Assembly: GCA_951406725.2 (NCBI GenBank)
Contig: OX597837.1
Coordinates: 13,268,001-13,332,000, forward strand
Reading direction: 5' to 3'
DNA: 64,000 nucleotides
Origin: Octopus vulgaris
Lineage: Eukaryota
Part shown: positions 27,001 through 37,406 of the stretch, piece after piece
How the letters are laid out: every line of letters starts with the position of its first letter
Position numbering within the stretch: the first letter of the stretch is position 1
Program-made: the position numbers and the translations under genes
The notes under the pieces: model-generated
The model's input: the letters and a program-made list of their open reading frames with translations, nothing else
Database searches by the model: none
What the model was told of the DNA's origin: nothing

Positions 27001-27672
27001 ATTTATTTATTAGTCATTGATTGGTTAGCTATTTAAGCAACTAATTAATCGATTGTTTGGTTTATCATTTGGTTGACAAACATAACTGACTGATGACAGG
27101 TTAACAAAATGGTTGAATAGCTAACCAACTGATGAATACGAAAAAGAAGTGAAATAAAACCAGTGCATGTGTTTATTATTGGCATCATGACCCTCCAAAG
27201 ATACAACAAAATCTGCTTCATCATATGAATTCACATCAAGAATCTTGCAAACCAAACAGAAATAGGAAATATAAAATCTTATAAATATGAAAATTGTGAT
27301 TAACATGTTTTACTAAATAATTTTTGGTTAAATTCTGTTAAAAGACACTTTATCTCATGGAACTTCAGACTTGTTTTCATGGATCCATCTTACAGAAACA
27401 TGGTACTAAGTCATTTCATTTGGACAGATAACAAAAATTCAAACATGGGAATGCATTTGTCGGACAAGGAAAACAGACTAAAATTAATCAAAGACAGAAA
27501 GAAAATTGGAAAACCGAAATCACCTGATGTGAAAATTGATCCTGGTCACTAAATGAACAAACTGGGGCCAGAAATCATCTGTCTGTTCATATTCAAGACA
27601 ACGCTCGATGGGAGATAAGATTCTCATTGGCATCTTATTAATGCTCAAGGTAAGGTTGGAATTATTTTCCAT
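8627..27672 (-). CDS. MALT1: MALT1-like type 1 paracaspase, whole gene model (15 coding exons, 2286 nt, 761 aa): DD-Ig-Ig-Ig-caspase-like-Ig
   Basis: All 15 exons join with GT-AG sites and matching phases into one open frame. MALT1 motifs present: ATDKIALLIGNEDY, YYAGHG, ILDICR, SAFE, FSSQFSNVM, DLQKLQE, PLVANLQLW. Confidence 0.93.
9302..9385 (-). CDS. MALT1: MALT1 coding exon 14
   Basis: TLTADKASVLQVDKKKIRIVVKDLQKLQ (human SSLQKLK); CAG acceptor, CAG|GTAATT donor; phase 0 to 0. Confidence 0.87.
10041..10198 (-). CDS. MALT1: MALT1 coding exon 13 (C-terminal Ig-like domain)
   Basis: LPRTMHV...KVEFSSQFSNVMSI...CYAWIANIPS, similar to human LPESMCL...GFAAEFSNVMII; donor TCG|GTAAGT. Confidence 0.9.
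10279..10499. mobile_element. piggyBac-type MITE
   Basis: TTAA|CCCTTTCGTTAC ... GTAACAAAAGGG|TTAA. Confidence 0.8.
11518..11673 (-). CDS. MALT1: MALT1 coding exon 12
   Basis: QQNPELYSNL...SLSDQI...RSHLWMQAI, similar to human QALEIRSSL...RALTDPI...RNLQWAKAH; donor A|GTGAGT. Confidence 0.88.
12470..12591 (-). CDS. MALT1: MALT1 coding exon 11
   Basis: SRGQSAFEPLNGRMGNFVYVLKDYL, similar to human QGAEAFE...NGIFMKFLK; phase 2 to 1. Confidence 0.9.
12727..13160 (+). mobile_element. SINE family A, full length
   Basis: Same sequence as 6096-6510, opposite strand. Confidence 0.85.
13347..13992. mobile_element. piggyBac-type MITE interrupted by a SINE (13403-13820)
   Basis: TTAA|CCCATTAGCATT ... AATGATAAAGGG|TTAA. 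Related fragments at ~16741-16885, ~20300-20468 and ~25630-25720. Confidence 0.7.
13403..13820 (+). mobile_element. SINE family B with internally duplicated body
   Basis: Two tandem bodies; TSD gatattgttt. Other copies at ~8945-9180, 10985-11370, 19220-19430, 22370-22550, 27720-28115, 31060-31245 and 38562-38762. Confidence 0.8.
14746..14820 (-). CDS. MALT1: MALT1 coding exon 10
   Basis: CQESKYYSSPLQMRPNTSSLYMYST, ending like human GYAT; tttttCAG acceptor, AC|GTAAGT donor; phase 2 to 2. Confidence 0.85.
15091..15451. repeat. ~165-bp imperfect inverted repeat, probable Penelope-like pseudo-LTR pair with degenerate hammerheads
   Basis: Arms 15091-15254 and 15274-15451; each contains TTTGAAC-CTGAAGA-stem-GAA(A/G)-(T/C)ATT-G(T/C)T(C/T)AA. 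Confidence 0.6.
15910..16236. repeat. (GGT/GAT)n low-complexity tract in a MALT1 intron
   Basis: Directly visible. Confidence 0.9.
16304..16691 (-). CDS. MALT1: MALT1 coding exon 9 (peptidase C14 catalytic core)
   Basis: ATDKIALLIGNEDY...YYAGHGFE...LILDICR. Catalytic His codon at 16465-16467, Cys codon at 16312-16314; donor AT|GTGAGT. Confidence 0.95.
17386..17605 (+). mobile_element. mariner-derived MITE
   Basis: TIR core GAAAAGTTCCTGGCTTT (17401-17417) / AAAGCCAGGAACTTTTC (17577-17593); interior resembles a mariner C-terminus (KCLNLRGEYVE). Confidence 0.7.
17877..18035 (-). CDS. MALT1: MALT1 coding exon 8 (Ig3, second half, plus linker)
   Basis: ENKAELKI...FKGMYYCVVSC...AYLQI; donor AAG|GTAAGC; phase 1 to 1. 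Confidence 0.88.
18481..18705. repeat. 99-bp tandem repeat derived from family C
   Basis: Units begin ctggatgcccttcc at 18481, 18580 and 18679. Confidence 0.85.
18963..19094 (-). CDS. MALT1: MALT1 coding exon 7 (Ig3, first half)
   Basis: LEIVIQPK...LFLCEAKGPAEIHYQWYKD; donor A|GTAAGA; phase 1 to 1. Confidence 0.9.
19800..20031 (+). mobile_element. SINE family B with 17-bp TSD
   Basis: TSD aagaaatataatttaat at 19781-19797 and 20032-20048. Confidence 0.85.
20090..20192 (-). CDS. MALT1: MALT1 coding exon 6 (Ig2, second half)
   Basis: KKKTSIHDSGIYWCEVISNQGSISSEKITINVSA (DxGxYxC motif); donor CAG|GTGAGA; phase 0 to 1. Confidence 0.9.
21252..21400 (-). CDS. MALT1: MALT1 coding exon 5 (Ig2, first half)
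   Basis: FKITQFSPSQLLQEGDVLNLWCNAT...YNWFKDG; donor AGA|GTAAGT; phase 1 to 0. Confidence 0.9.
21551..21639 (-). CDS. MALT1: MALT1 coding exon 4 (Ig1, second half)
   Basis: TEQEGNYSCRVHNSRRNVLLS, an Ig F-strand motif; TAG acceptor, G|GTAAGT donor; phase 2 to 1. Confidence 0.88.
21706..21919 (+). mobile_element. mariner-derived MITE, second copy
   Basis: Homologous to 17386-17605, with the same TIR core. Confidence 0.7.
22827..23013 (-). CDS. MALT1: MALT1 coding exon 3 (Ig1, first half)
   Basis: VRIIDQP...GDTLQLSIKARGFPYPRYQWFRN; donor AG|GTAACT; phase 1 to 2. Confidence 0.9.
23076..23422 (-). mobile_element. SINE family A, 5'-truncated
   Basis: Matches the body and tail of family A. Confidence 0.8.
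24960..25126 (-). CDS. MALT1: MALT1 coding exon 2 (death domain)
   Basis: tttgtttCAG acceptor; QGTYREII...GNTIVREMLAYLVPKGFTIRDLLFVLNELRL is a death-fold pattern; donor G|GTAAGT; phase 2 to 1. Confidence 0.85.
25192..25600 (-). mobile_element. SINE family A, full length
   Basis: Near-identical to 6096-6510. Confidence 0.85.
26121..26720 (-). mobile_element. Penelope-like/retrozyme-like insertion: 364-bp unit, partial tandem copy and inverted segment
   Basis: The start of unit 26121-26484 recurs at 26485-26621; 26619-26720 is the reverse complement of 26383-26483; contains a hammerhead; flanked by a ~180-bp direct duplication. Confidence 0.7.
26354..26395 (-). ncRNA. Minimal type I hammerhead ribozyme, U3-A8 core variant
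   Basis: GCUACA-UUGACAA-GGGG(CAAUA)CCCC-GAAA-CGCG-UC-UGUAGC: 6-bp stem I, 4-bp stem II, palindromic ACGCGU stem III. Confidence 0.75.
27524..27672 (-). CDS. MALT1: MALT1 coding exon 1 (start codon; N-terminal part of death domain)
   Basis: Acceptor tttttCAG at 27681, ACCATGG start, MENNSNLTLSINKMPMRILSPIERCLE...FWPQF, donor CAG|GTGATT, phase 2. Confidence 0.8.
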
Positions 27673-28603
27673 GGTGTTATCTGAAAAAAGGAGAAAAAGA
27701 TAAACGATAACCGATATATATTTCTTTACTACCCATTTCTTTATTACCCACAAGGGGCTAAACATAGAAGGGACAAACAAGGACAGACATAGGTATTAAG
27801 TCGATTACATCGACCCCACTGCGTAACTGGTACTTAATTTATCGACCCCGAAAGGATGAAAGGTAAAGTCGACCTCGGCGGAATTTGAACTCAGAACGTA
27901 ACGGCAGACGAAACATTTCGCCCGACGTGCTAACATTTCTGTCAGCTCGCCGCCTTTTTCTTTACTACCCACAAGGGGCTAAACATAGAGGGGACAAACA
28001 AGGACAGACAAAGGGATTAAGTCGATTACATCAACCCCAGTGCGAAACTGGTGCTTTATTTATCGACCTCGAAAGGATGAAAAGCAAAGTCGACCTCAGC
28101 GGAATTTGAACTCAGAGATAAATAATAACAGATATAGACAGAGGCATGGCTGTGTGATTGCAGGTAAGTTCCTCACCATTAATTCATTGCTGTTAATTTG
28201 CCATGAAGAAAGTTCAATCATTAAGAGAGTTCACTGCGAGGAGAGTTTACCAAGAAAATATATTCATAGTCTCTCACTATTTTATTGAAAAAAAAAAGAA
28301 GTAATGTGGATTCTGTAGTGAGTTGATGACAGTGAACTTACTGGACATGTGGTTGTGTGGCTAAGAAGTTCACTATAGCCTCAGCACAACTAATACTTTG
28401 TGAGTGAATTTGATAGATGGAAACTGTGTGGAAGCCTATTGTGTGTGTGTGTGCGTATACATATACATATACATACATATATATATATATATATTTATAT
28501 GTATATATACAGAGTGTCCTGAAATGTGTGGAAGCCTATTGTGTGTGTGCGTATACATATACATATACATACATATATATATATATATTTATATGTATAT
28601 ATA

Positions 28604-28798
28604 CAGAGTGTCCGAAATTAGGGCGACCAAATTTTCGGGCTTTAATAATTACCAATAAAAGTGATAAGATATGAAAATTATCCATCATTATAAAAGCTTA
28701 GTGTGTCCTCTTCTTGTTTCAGGCTACACAAATTTAGATTTATAAATTAGCTAATGGCTATAGATTACAATACAATCATGACCCTCCACAAGGAGGGG

Positions 28799-28799
<1 letters not shown>
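28604..28799 (+). mobile_element. Possible 5' end of a Tc1/mariner (maT-like) transposon
   Basis: TA|CAGAGTGTCC terminus followed by the ORF start MAIDYNTIMTLHKEG; truncated by a microsatellite. Confidence 0.4.
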
Positions 28800-28835
<36 letters not shown>

Positions 28836-28921
28836 ACAGGCTTCTTTCAGTTTCCTTCAACCAAAGAACCATATGTTTGGGAAGCAAGCTACTTACCCAC
28901 ACATCCACTCCTACATATATA

Positions 28922-28960
<39 letters not shown>

Positions 28961-29497
28961 CCTTGTTTTGAATTTTATCTTTCCAGTTGGTATTATCAAA
29001 GGAGAAAGAAATTAGATGGGAATTTTTCCCCTTCATTTGCTAGCATACCTGCTGGGTCATTAAACACACCATTCAGTGAATGGTTTTCACACATTTTCAT
29101 ACTCATTCTGCTTACTCAAGATATCCATGCCTATTATTATTCTATTTTCTCATCCTGCTCAAACCACTGAACACCCAAATCTATTTTGGGATTTACCCAA
29201 ATTGTTTCTTTCCCAACCTGTCCCACGTATATAAAAGTACCTCAAACAAAAGATCATCAAATTCCTGTTTCATACAACAGGAATTACAATTAATCTTTTA
29301 CTTGTTTCTGTAGCCGTGACAGGGCCTTGAAAGATTTCGGACAAATGAATCGATCCTAGTACTTATATATTTTTTCTAAGTCTGGTACTTATTCTATCAC
29401 TGTCTTTTGCTGAACTGCTAAGTCACGGGAACATAAACAAACTAATCCTGGTGCAGTGATGGGGACAAACACACAGAAATAAATGCATATACATATA

Positions 29498-30008
29498 TCA
29501 TCATCATCATCATCATTTAACGTTCGCTTTCCATGCTGGCATGGGTTGGACGATTTTGACTGAGGTCTGGCAAACCAGATGGCTGCACCAGGCTCCAATC
29601 TTGATTTGGCAGAGTTTCTACAGCTGGATGCCCTTCCTAATGCCAACCACTCCGAGAATGTATTGGGTGCTTTTACGTGCCACCAGCACGGGGGCCAGTC
29701 AGGCGGTACTGGCAAAGACCTCGCTCAAATCTTTTTACCCGTGCCACCAGCACGGGTGCCAGTAAGGCGACGTTGGTAACGATCACGCTCGAATGGTGCC
29801 CTTTCACGTACCACCGGCACGGAAGCCAGTTAGCCGCTCTGGTAACGATCACGCTCGAATGGTGCCCTTTCACGTACCACCGGCACGGAAGCCAGTTAGC
29901 CGCTCTGGTAACAATCACGCTCGGGTGGTGCTCTTGGCACCCTACTAGCACGAGCACAAGTGTCAGTAAGGCGACGATGCTGGTAACGATCACTCTCGAA
30001 TGGTGCCT
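29498..30008 (-). mobile_element. Family C repeat with 66-bp tandem units
   Basis: Units start at 29775, 29841 and 29907. Other family C copies at ~7612-7800, 9512-9990, 14235-14540, 21970-22350, 23826-24085, 32668-32997, 37680-38190, 39670-40010 and 57900-58085. Confidence 0.8.
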
Positions 30009-31435
30009 GAAACATATATATATACATATATATATCAGGACCATGCTATCAGTAATTACTCAGGGTAGGCAGTTGGTGACCTTTATGTAGTAAAACACAC
30101 AAAGTTGACTGAGTTGAAGGCAGATTTCCTTCTACCTTTATAGTATGTAGAGAAAACAGTTTTGTAGGAAATTTGAAGGAAACAGAAAACGGAGAAATAT
30201 TGATGAGCAACAATTGACTTACATCATAATAAATGATAATCGATGTAAGTCAATTGTTCATCAATACCTTTTTCTGTTTCCTTAAATATATGCATGAGTG
30301 TGTGTGTGTGTATGTATATGATGGCCTTCTTTCAGTTTCCATCTACCAAATCCACTCACAAGGGCTTTTAGTCAGCCCATGGTTATAGTAGAAGACACTT
30401 TCCCAAGGTGCCACACAGTACAATTGAACCTAGAAAAGTTAGACCTGTGGTTGGTGGGAAAACCTCTTACCTCACAGCCACACTGAGAAAAAACTTTTTT
30501 CCACCAAATTTCCATTCGTCATATTTCACCCCCCCCCCCCACTACAATTCCAAACCATTTTATGGTTCTATTTTGACATCCAAGTCAAAGTGTTTGCACT
30601 AATCTATTCATTTGCATGGAGGATTGTTACTTTATTGAAAACTTGTTTTGTTCTTTCAATTGTTTACAAAAGGATCTTAGTCAACATTTTTGCCCTCTTT
30701 TCTAATAACCATAAATATCTTTCTTTTGAGGTTCTTTTCCTGTTTCCTTTTTGTACTTTAGTGATCATAATCCTGTCATTATTAGTCTGGGTTTTCCAAA
30801 ATCCACATGTGTGTTTGTGTGTCTGTGTTTGTCCCTCTAGCATTGCTTGACAACCGATGCTGGTGTGTTTACGTCCTTGTCACTTAGCAGTTCGGCAAAA
30901 GAGACCGATAGAATAAGTACTGGGCTTACAAAGAATAAGTCCCGAGGTCGATTTGCTCGACTAAAGGCACACACATACACACACGCACACGTGTGTATGT
31001 GTGTGTGTGTGTGGCTGGCTGGCTGGCTGGATTGATAGGTAGATATTGGTTTCAAATTTTGCCACAAGAGCAGGAAGTTTGGGGGAGGGAGTAAGTCACT
31101 TACATCGACCCCAGTGCATAACTGGTACTTATTTTATCGACCCTGAAAGGATGAAAGGCAAAGACACCCTCAGCAGAATTTGAACTCAGATCATTAAGAC
31201 CAAGTATTTTGCCCAGCATGTTAACGATTCTTCCAGCTCACCAACTTAGATAGATCGACATTAGCTACAGAAGCAGTATTAACACTTAATAGCAATCTGT
31301 GTGTGTGTATGTAATTGAAAAAATTGGAGACATCAAGAAGGGGTACAGTTGGACATTTATTTTTTAATCACTACAAGTGTTTCCGGGCAACACAGGTCTC
31401 CAGGAGTAGAGGCACTTGCTTATGCAACTATTTAT

Positions 31436-31730
31436 ATAATAATAATGAAATTATTGTATACAGTGCTCAGGTGCACCACAACTTGTCAGAAAGTGCGTAT
31501 AGAGTACATGAAGTAATGTAGAAATGTCTGGAAAGCGAACAATGCATGAGTCAGATACATGCTTGTGTGTGTATGGAGGGGAAGAGAAGATCAGGTGTAG
31601 TGTTGGCGAATCTCAGGAAGCATGGAAGTTTTGAAGGATGCAGTGCTCCGACAACTAACAACTGATGCCGGCTGTTTGTTCCATGCTTCAGCAACTCTCA
31701 GCATGAAAAAATGTTTCCTGAAGTCATGCG
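31436..31730 (-). mobile_element. CR1-clade LINE 3' end inserted inside an inverted-repeat element
   Basis: Minus strand reads HDFRKHFFMLRVAEAWNKQPASVV...SFK with an (ATT)n tail; flanked by inverted arms 31299-31384 and 31746-31830. Confidence 0.7.
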
Positions 31731-31925
31731 TTAATATGTTGCATGGAAACAATTGTAGTGATTAAAAAATAAATGTCCAACCATACCCTTCCTGTTGACT
31801 CCAATTTTTTCAATCACACAAACACACACACAGACACATATACATATGCACACAAACACATTGATTCGTACAAGCACACACATACCAAAGACAGAGAGAA
31901 GATATCAGTCATAAATGGAACATAC

Positions 31926-32016
31926 CATTCAAAAGCTGTTGAATCTTTTGGGTTAGAATCGTTCTGTTAATTCTTCCTCTTCAAAACTTCATTCCGCTGT
32001 CTTTCCGCTGCTGTGC
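31926..32016 (-). other. Candidate non-coding 5'UTR exon of MALT1
   Basis: Purine-rich 91-nt block bounded by a tttctttcacAG acceptor and an ATG|GTATGT donor; stops in all three frames. Confidence 0.4.
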
Positions 32017-32261
32017 CTGTGAAAGAAATGCTTTGTGTTTCTTTAATTTGTTTATTATATTTTGGCCCCACCCCAATTCTGTCCACTTCCTTTACTTATG
32101 AAGTAGTGGTAGCTACTCTAACCCTACCCCTATGGTTTTACTTTTCACATGTGACAAGGTGTCTGCACTAATCTATTCATTTGCATAGGGGATCGTTACT
32201 TTATTGAAAACTCGTTTGTTCTTTATATAGTTCATGAAAGGAAGTTACTCCACATTTGGAT

Positions 32262-32650
32262 GTTTTCTGTTTGAACAGCAGTTTTTAACATAATTTCTAG
32301 ATAACTAAAAAATTTTAAACTCGTATACTGGTAGAATCTTTTTCTCTTGGCTTTATTGAGAAAATTCTATACTTTGTAAGATATTTGTTGGGGTTTTTTT
32401 TCTTCAATTTCTGAAATTTCAACCAATCACTGACGTCTATTGAGGTAAAAAACATTCTGTGCTGTATTAATAGGTCCCTCGTTTAAGAAACAGATTGGGT
32501 TTATTTACATTTCTGAAGAAAAAAAGATACCCTTCCCCCCACCCCTAACCCTAAAACAGATTGAAATGCAATAGATTGATACTAGGGTCATAATTATGGG
32601 TGACAATTTCATATGACACCGCTAGAAAAAACTGCTGTTCAAACTGAAAA
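32262..32650. mobile_element. Non-autonomous DNA element with TIRs
   Basis: ttttctgtttgaacagcagttttt / aaaaactgctgttcaaactgaaaa; internal cctaaccctaa. Confidence 0.6.
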
Positions 32651-33420
32651 GGTCCCCGCATTTTTCCCGTGCCAGTGGCACGTAAAAAGCACCATCCGAA
32701 TCGTGGCCGATGCCAGCGCCGCCTTGACTGGCTTCCATGCCAGTGGCACGTAAAATACACCAATCCGACCGTGGCCGTTGCCAGCCTCGCCTGGCACCTG
32801 TGCAGGTGGCACGTAAAAAGCACCCACTACACTCACGGAGTGCTTGGCGTTAGAAAGGGCATCCAGCTGTAGAAACACTGCCAGATCAGATTGGAGCCTG
32901 GTGCAGCCTTCTGGCTTCCCAGATCCCCGGTCGAACCGTCCAACCCATTCTAGCATGGAGAACGGACGTTAAACGATGATGATGATGATGATGATGAATT
33001 AAACAAACATGTACCTTGACAATTGTCCCATTCTCTGTTCTATTTACTTTTATTATCATACTTTTGATCTTTTGTTTTCTTTTCTTTGATTTAGTGACTA
33101 TAATGCTATCGCTTTCAGTCTGAGCTTTTCAAAATCCTCTGTTACTTAGTAAGTGCTGGGAATTGAAATTAAACTTTATATGCCTTTTTTCTTTTTTTTA
33201 ATGTCACCATGGAAGATTTTAGAAATGGGGCAGGCCAATTCAACATTTCATCCAAGTGGGTGTTAAAACTAAACATAAAGTTAGGAAAGATTGGCATTTA
33301 AACTAAAATTAACTTACATCAGAAATTTCATGCTCAAACGATGAAGTATTTATTGAAACAAACACATGGGTGTCTGTGTGTGTGTGTATATATGTATATA
33401 TATATGTATGTATGTATCTA

Positions 33421-33465
<45 letters not shown>

Positions 33466-33657
33466 GTATGCATGTATGTGTGTGTATGTATGTATGTATG
33501 TGTGTGTATAATCATCATCGTTTAACGTCCGTTCTCCATGCTAGCATGGGTTGGACGGTTCAACCAGGGATCTGGGAAGCCAGAAGGCTGCACCAGGCTC
33601 CAGTCTTATCTGGCAATGTTTCTACAGCTGGATGCCCTTCCTAACACCAACCACTCC

Positions 33658-33698
<41 letters not shown>

Positions 33699-33879
33699 AC
33701 AAAATTAGAAAATGGAGAAACATACTTAAATCAATCAAACATCAACCATCAGATGATACCCAATCAATACTTTATTACACCATTACATAACAGTAAAGGC
33801 ATTATACAAAATATACTGTAAATATAATTAGACAAGGAAATAGAAATATAAAATATAAAATATAATATGTAATTATATC

Positions 33880-33991
33880 ATATCTGACAGCTGTTTCGGC
33901 AGTAAGGGCAAGCATGCCTCATTTAACCTATAAGCCATATAAGGCAGGTATAAATGAGACATTAACAAGGATGCCCCACGGCCTCTTCAGA

Positions 33992-33997
<6 letters not shown>
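33880..33997 (-). ncRNA. Type I hammerhead ribozyme with long stem II
   Basis: AUAUUCU-CUGAAGA-GGC...~85-nt branched hairpin...GCC-GAAA-CAGCUG-UC-AGAUAU; canonical core. Predicted cleavage between 33886 and 33885. Confidence 0.7.
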
Positions 33998-34054
<57 letters not shown>

Positions 34055-34062
<8 letters not shown>

Positions 34063-34389
34063 GGTTTGGAGATGATGTACAGGTATTATATATTAGAAGA
34101 AATGAGGTACTCAGAAATCTGGATTGGTTTCATATTTACAGATATTTATAAGTATGTTACATGTTTTTATACATCATATATCATATATCATATATTAGCG
34201 CTTTTGTCCATTCTAGTGGAGTCAGTTCAACTTCACTAGAATGGACGAAAGCGCTAATATATGATATAGGATGTATAAAAACATGTAACATACTAATAAA
34301 TATCTGTAAATATAAAACCATCCGGATTTCTGAGTACCTCATTTCTTCTAATATATAATACCTGTACATCATCTCCAAAACTTCTAATA
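34055..34389. repeat. Near-perfect 335-bp palindrome (fold-back)
   Basis: tattagaaggtttggagatgatgtacagg... pairs with ...cctgtacatcatctccaaaacttctaata; loop near 34222-34230. Confidence 0.9.
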
Positions 34390-34655
34390 TCTAATAGCAA
34401 TATCCTGCTTGACATGAATTTATTAGAATGCCGGAGGAGTGGACACCTGCTGCCAGTGAGGAAGTACATGTACAGTTCTGTTGCCAGACAGTTCTCAACT
34501 GCAAACAACTTGTGTCTGTGCTCTCAGCATTATACATCTGTATGAGAGGATCTCTCAAAGTGAGTTCCACATCAATAAAGTGTTCTAATAATAATTTATA
34601 TGTTTAGCAGGATATAAAGATTTGCCATATACATATATAGATATGCACGTGCACA

Positions 34656-34711
<56 letters not shown>

Positions 34712-35309
34712 TATATATCTCTGTACATATATATATGTATATATCATCATCATCGTTCAACGTCCGCTTTCCATGTTAGCATGGGTTAGACGGTTCAACT
34801 GGGGTCTTGTTATTCTCTTTAAGTGAACATTTTTCTGGTTGAAATACACCGAAAAATGGCTACACAGCAGTTAAAAAAATTGGGATTTTCTCATAGAAAA
34901 AAACAGCACCTTTTTGATGTAAATAATTTTTGGTGTTAACTTGGTCCGATTTGAATTTTTTCTTCTACAGAAGGAAGAGCAAGCCTTCTTCTATCCTACT
35001 CTCAATTTTGGTCAACTTGCGCCGCAGGGTCTCGGAGGAGATAGTGTTAGTTGAAGGCTACCAACCCTGCCATACATGATTCTAGTATACAGTGACGTAC
35101 AGACATACTACTTGACACTTACATTTCATATGTGGAAATTTTGAAGTCTTATTCTACGTCATTTACGGGAAATCCCAGTTTGAAATATAGGATACGTTAT
35201 CATTCGTGAATATCTAATTACAATGCCGTCTCAGTATTCCAAAGAATAGAATCGGAAATTATCTAGTGTACCAAAAACCGTCATTTTTTGAGGTGCGTGT
35301 ATTTTAAGG

Positions 35310-35690
35310 GAATGGCTATATGGTAAGTAGCTTGCTTACCAACCACATGGTTCCGGGTTCAGTCCCACTGCGTGACACATTGAGCGAATGTTTTCTGCTA
35401 TAGCCCCGGGCTGACGAAAGCCTTGTGAGTGGATTTGGTAGACGAAAACTGGAAGAAGCCCGTCGTATATGTATATGTGTGTGTATGTTTGTGTGTCTGT
35501 GTTTGTTCCTTCACCATCGCTTGACAACCAATGCTGGTGTGTTTACGTCCCCGCAACTTAACAGTTCGGCAAAAGAGGCCGATAGAATAAGTACTAGGCT
35601 TACAAAGAATAATCCCTGGGGTCGATTTGCTCGACTAAAGGCGGTGCTCCGGCATGGCCGCAGTCAAATGACTGAAACAAATAAAAGAAT
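35310..35690 (+). mobile_element. SINE family A
   Basis: Head, CORE-like box and tail recognisable. Confidence 0.8.
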
Positions 35691-37406
35691 GGGGTGCTCC
35701 ATTTTCCGTAATTTTTTAGTTTTTAAATTTTTTCAGATTTATGACATATTTTTCGAAGAATCATAACCTCGGATATTTAAAACAAAAATCGGGAAATTTT
35801 TTCTAAACAAAGTCAAAAGAGGAAAAAGTACCGAAAATGAGTGAGGCGGGTGTCAAAAAATGCTTCCCTTCATCCAAACATCAACATCCGTGGAACGGTT
35901 TGGGATTTGTATTTTATATGAATTATATTCAAATTTGCGGAATTTCATTCCGACAAAAAAAAAATGATGAATTATTCATATTTATCGATTAATTGTTTGT
36001 TATATACCATTTTGATAACGGAGTCTGCTTGGTAACGTGGTATATACGAGGTCATTGCTCTATTAAAGCAACTTGAATCTCCTGTTTACAAACACTAAAT
36101 TGAAACTATAAAAAGAAAATGGGATTTCTTCAAACCAACGAAGAAATCTCTACGGGATCGTTCGATCGACTAGAAAACAGCAGCTAAATAAATCCGAGAT
36201 AATCTATTCCTAAAATGAAAAAGAAAACTTGATCTTTATGATTTGAATGCTTCTGATAAGTTAAACAACTTATATTTGCATATGTTTCTCAGCCTCCACA
36301 GCATAGAAGACATACGGGTATAATAGACTGACCCCCACCAATTTCACCACCACGTATTCAGGGTGGAAAGTTTTTAGTGTTAAAGTTTGTGGGAGGCCCA
36401 AATTCATAAACAGAACCCAGGACGGTTTTCTTGAGACATTCTTGAGGGAGAAAAAAAAAGCTGCGTATCATATCCCATCAAATACGAAATAGTCTTTAAT
36501 GCAACCATTTCAGAATTACAATTCGGTTGGTGACATGAAATAAAATTAATAATATTTACGACCGGGTGGTCAAATAACACAGGAGGATCAAATAACTGAG
36601 ATTTGATCCAATTGTTCGGTACTGGAGATAAATAGCTGTGGGTTGACCAAATTCTTTGGAGTGAAATTTGGTTGACAGAAATTGCGAGGAAGGTATCCGG
36701 AAAACCTGGTCCTGTTACAGGGTGGTAGATTTAAGTTAAGGGGTCCGCCCCCATTTAACACCACCGCATGGACCAATGGGCACTTTCTACTGAGTCCCCA
36801 CTGTTTTGAAGATTCGGGATAGGGCCCCGATCACAACATAACTTAATTCTGTGAGTCTTACAGGCTCTGAAAATGACTAAGATCTTACAAAAAACCTAAA
36901 GAAATATTTAAGCGAATGAAAATAAAAATATTATCTTTAAGCAATATATTTCGTTAGTGTTGTTTGAAAGTGATGCTGGCAAACGTTAGTTCAATCTCAT
37001 CATAGGAGAACCAGCGGAGGTTCGAATCGTAGGAGTACCTGTCAGGCCACTCAAATCTGCTAGAAATAGCAGTCAAATCTCTTGTGTCGCACACTACCGT
37101 ATTAAAATCGAAACAATGTCTCTAAGTTTTGCTCTGTCTTTTCGGACATATAATCAAACTACATTACTCGATTGTCATGGTAAGAACGTCTCTGATCATA
37201 CGCTTGCTCTGTTATAGCTGACCTGTCGTTAAACAACAGTGACAATTGTTTTTATGACACAAAATAACGATTTTCGACGATCCATGACGATCACCAACGA
37301 TTTCTTTTTGCAAGACAATAAAATCTATATATATACACATATATAAAACACAACTAGGAAAATATTAAATCGTAATAGACAACCTATAAGTCAATAATAT
37401 ACTCAC

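Noticed and set aside
29240-29310. TIR-domain-like peptide ETSKRLIVIPVV on the minus strand
   Set aside because: The ETSKR part is the SINE A tail (GAAACAAGTAAAAGA) and a stop follows immediately.
29677-30008. CRISPR-like repeat-spacer array
   Set aside because: The spacers are homologous to each other, the array sits inside a dispersed LINE-derived repeat, there are no cas genes, and the DNA is eukaryotic.
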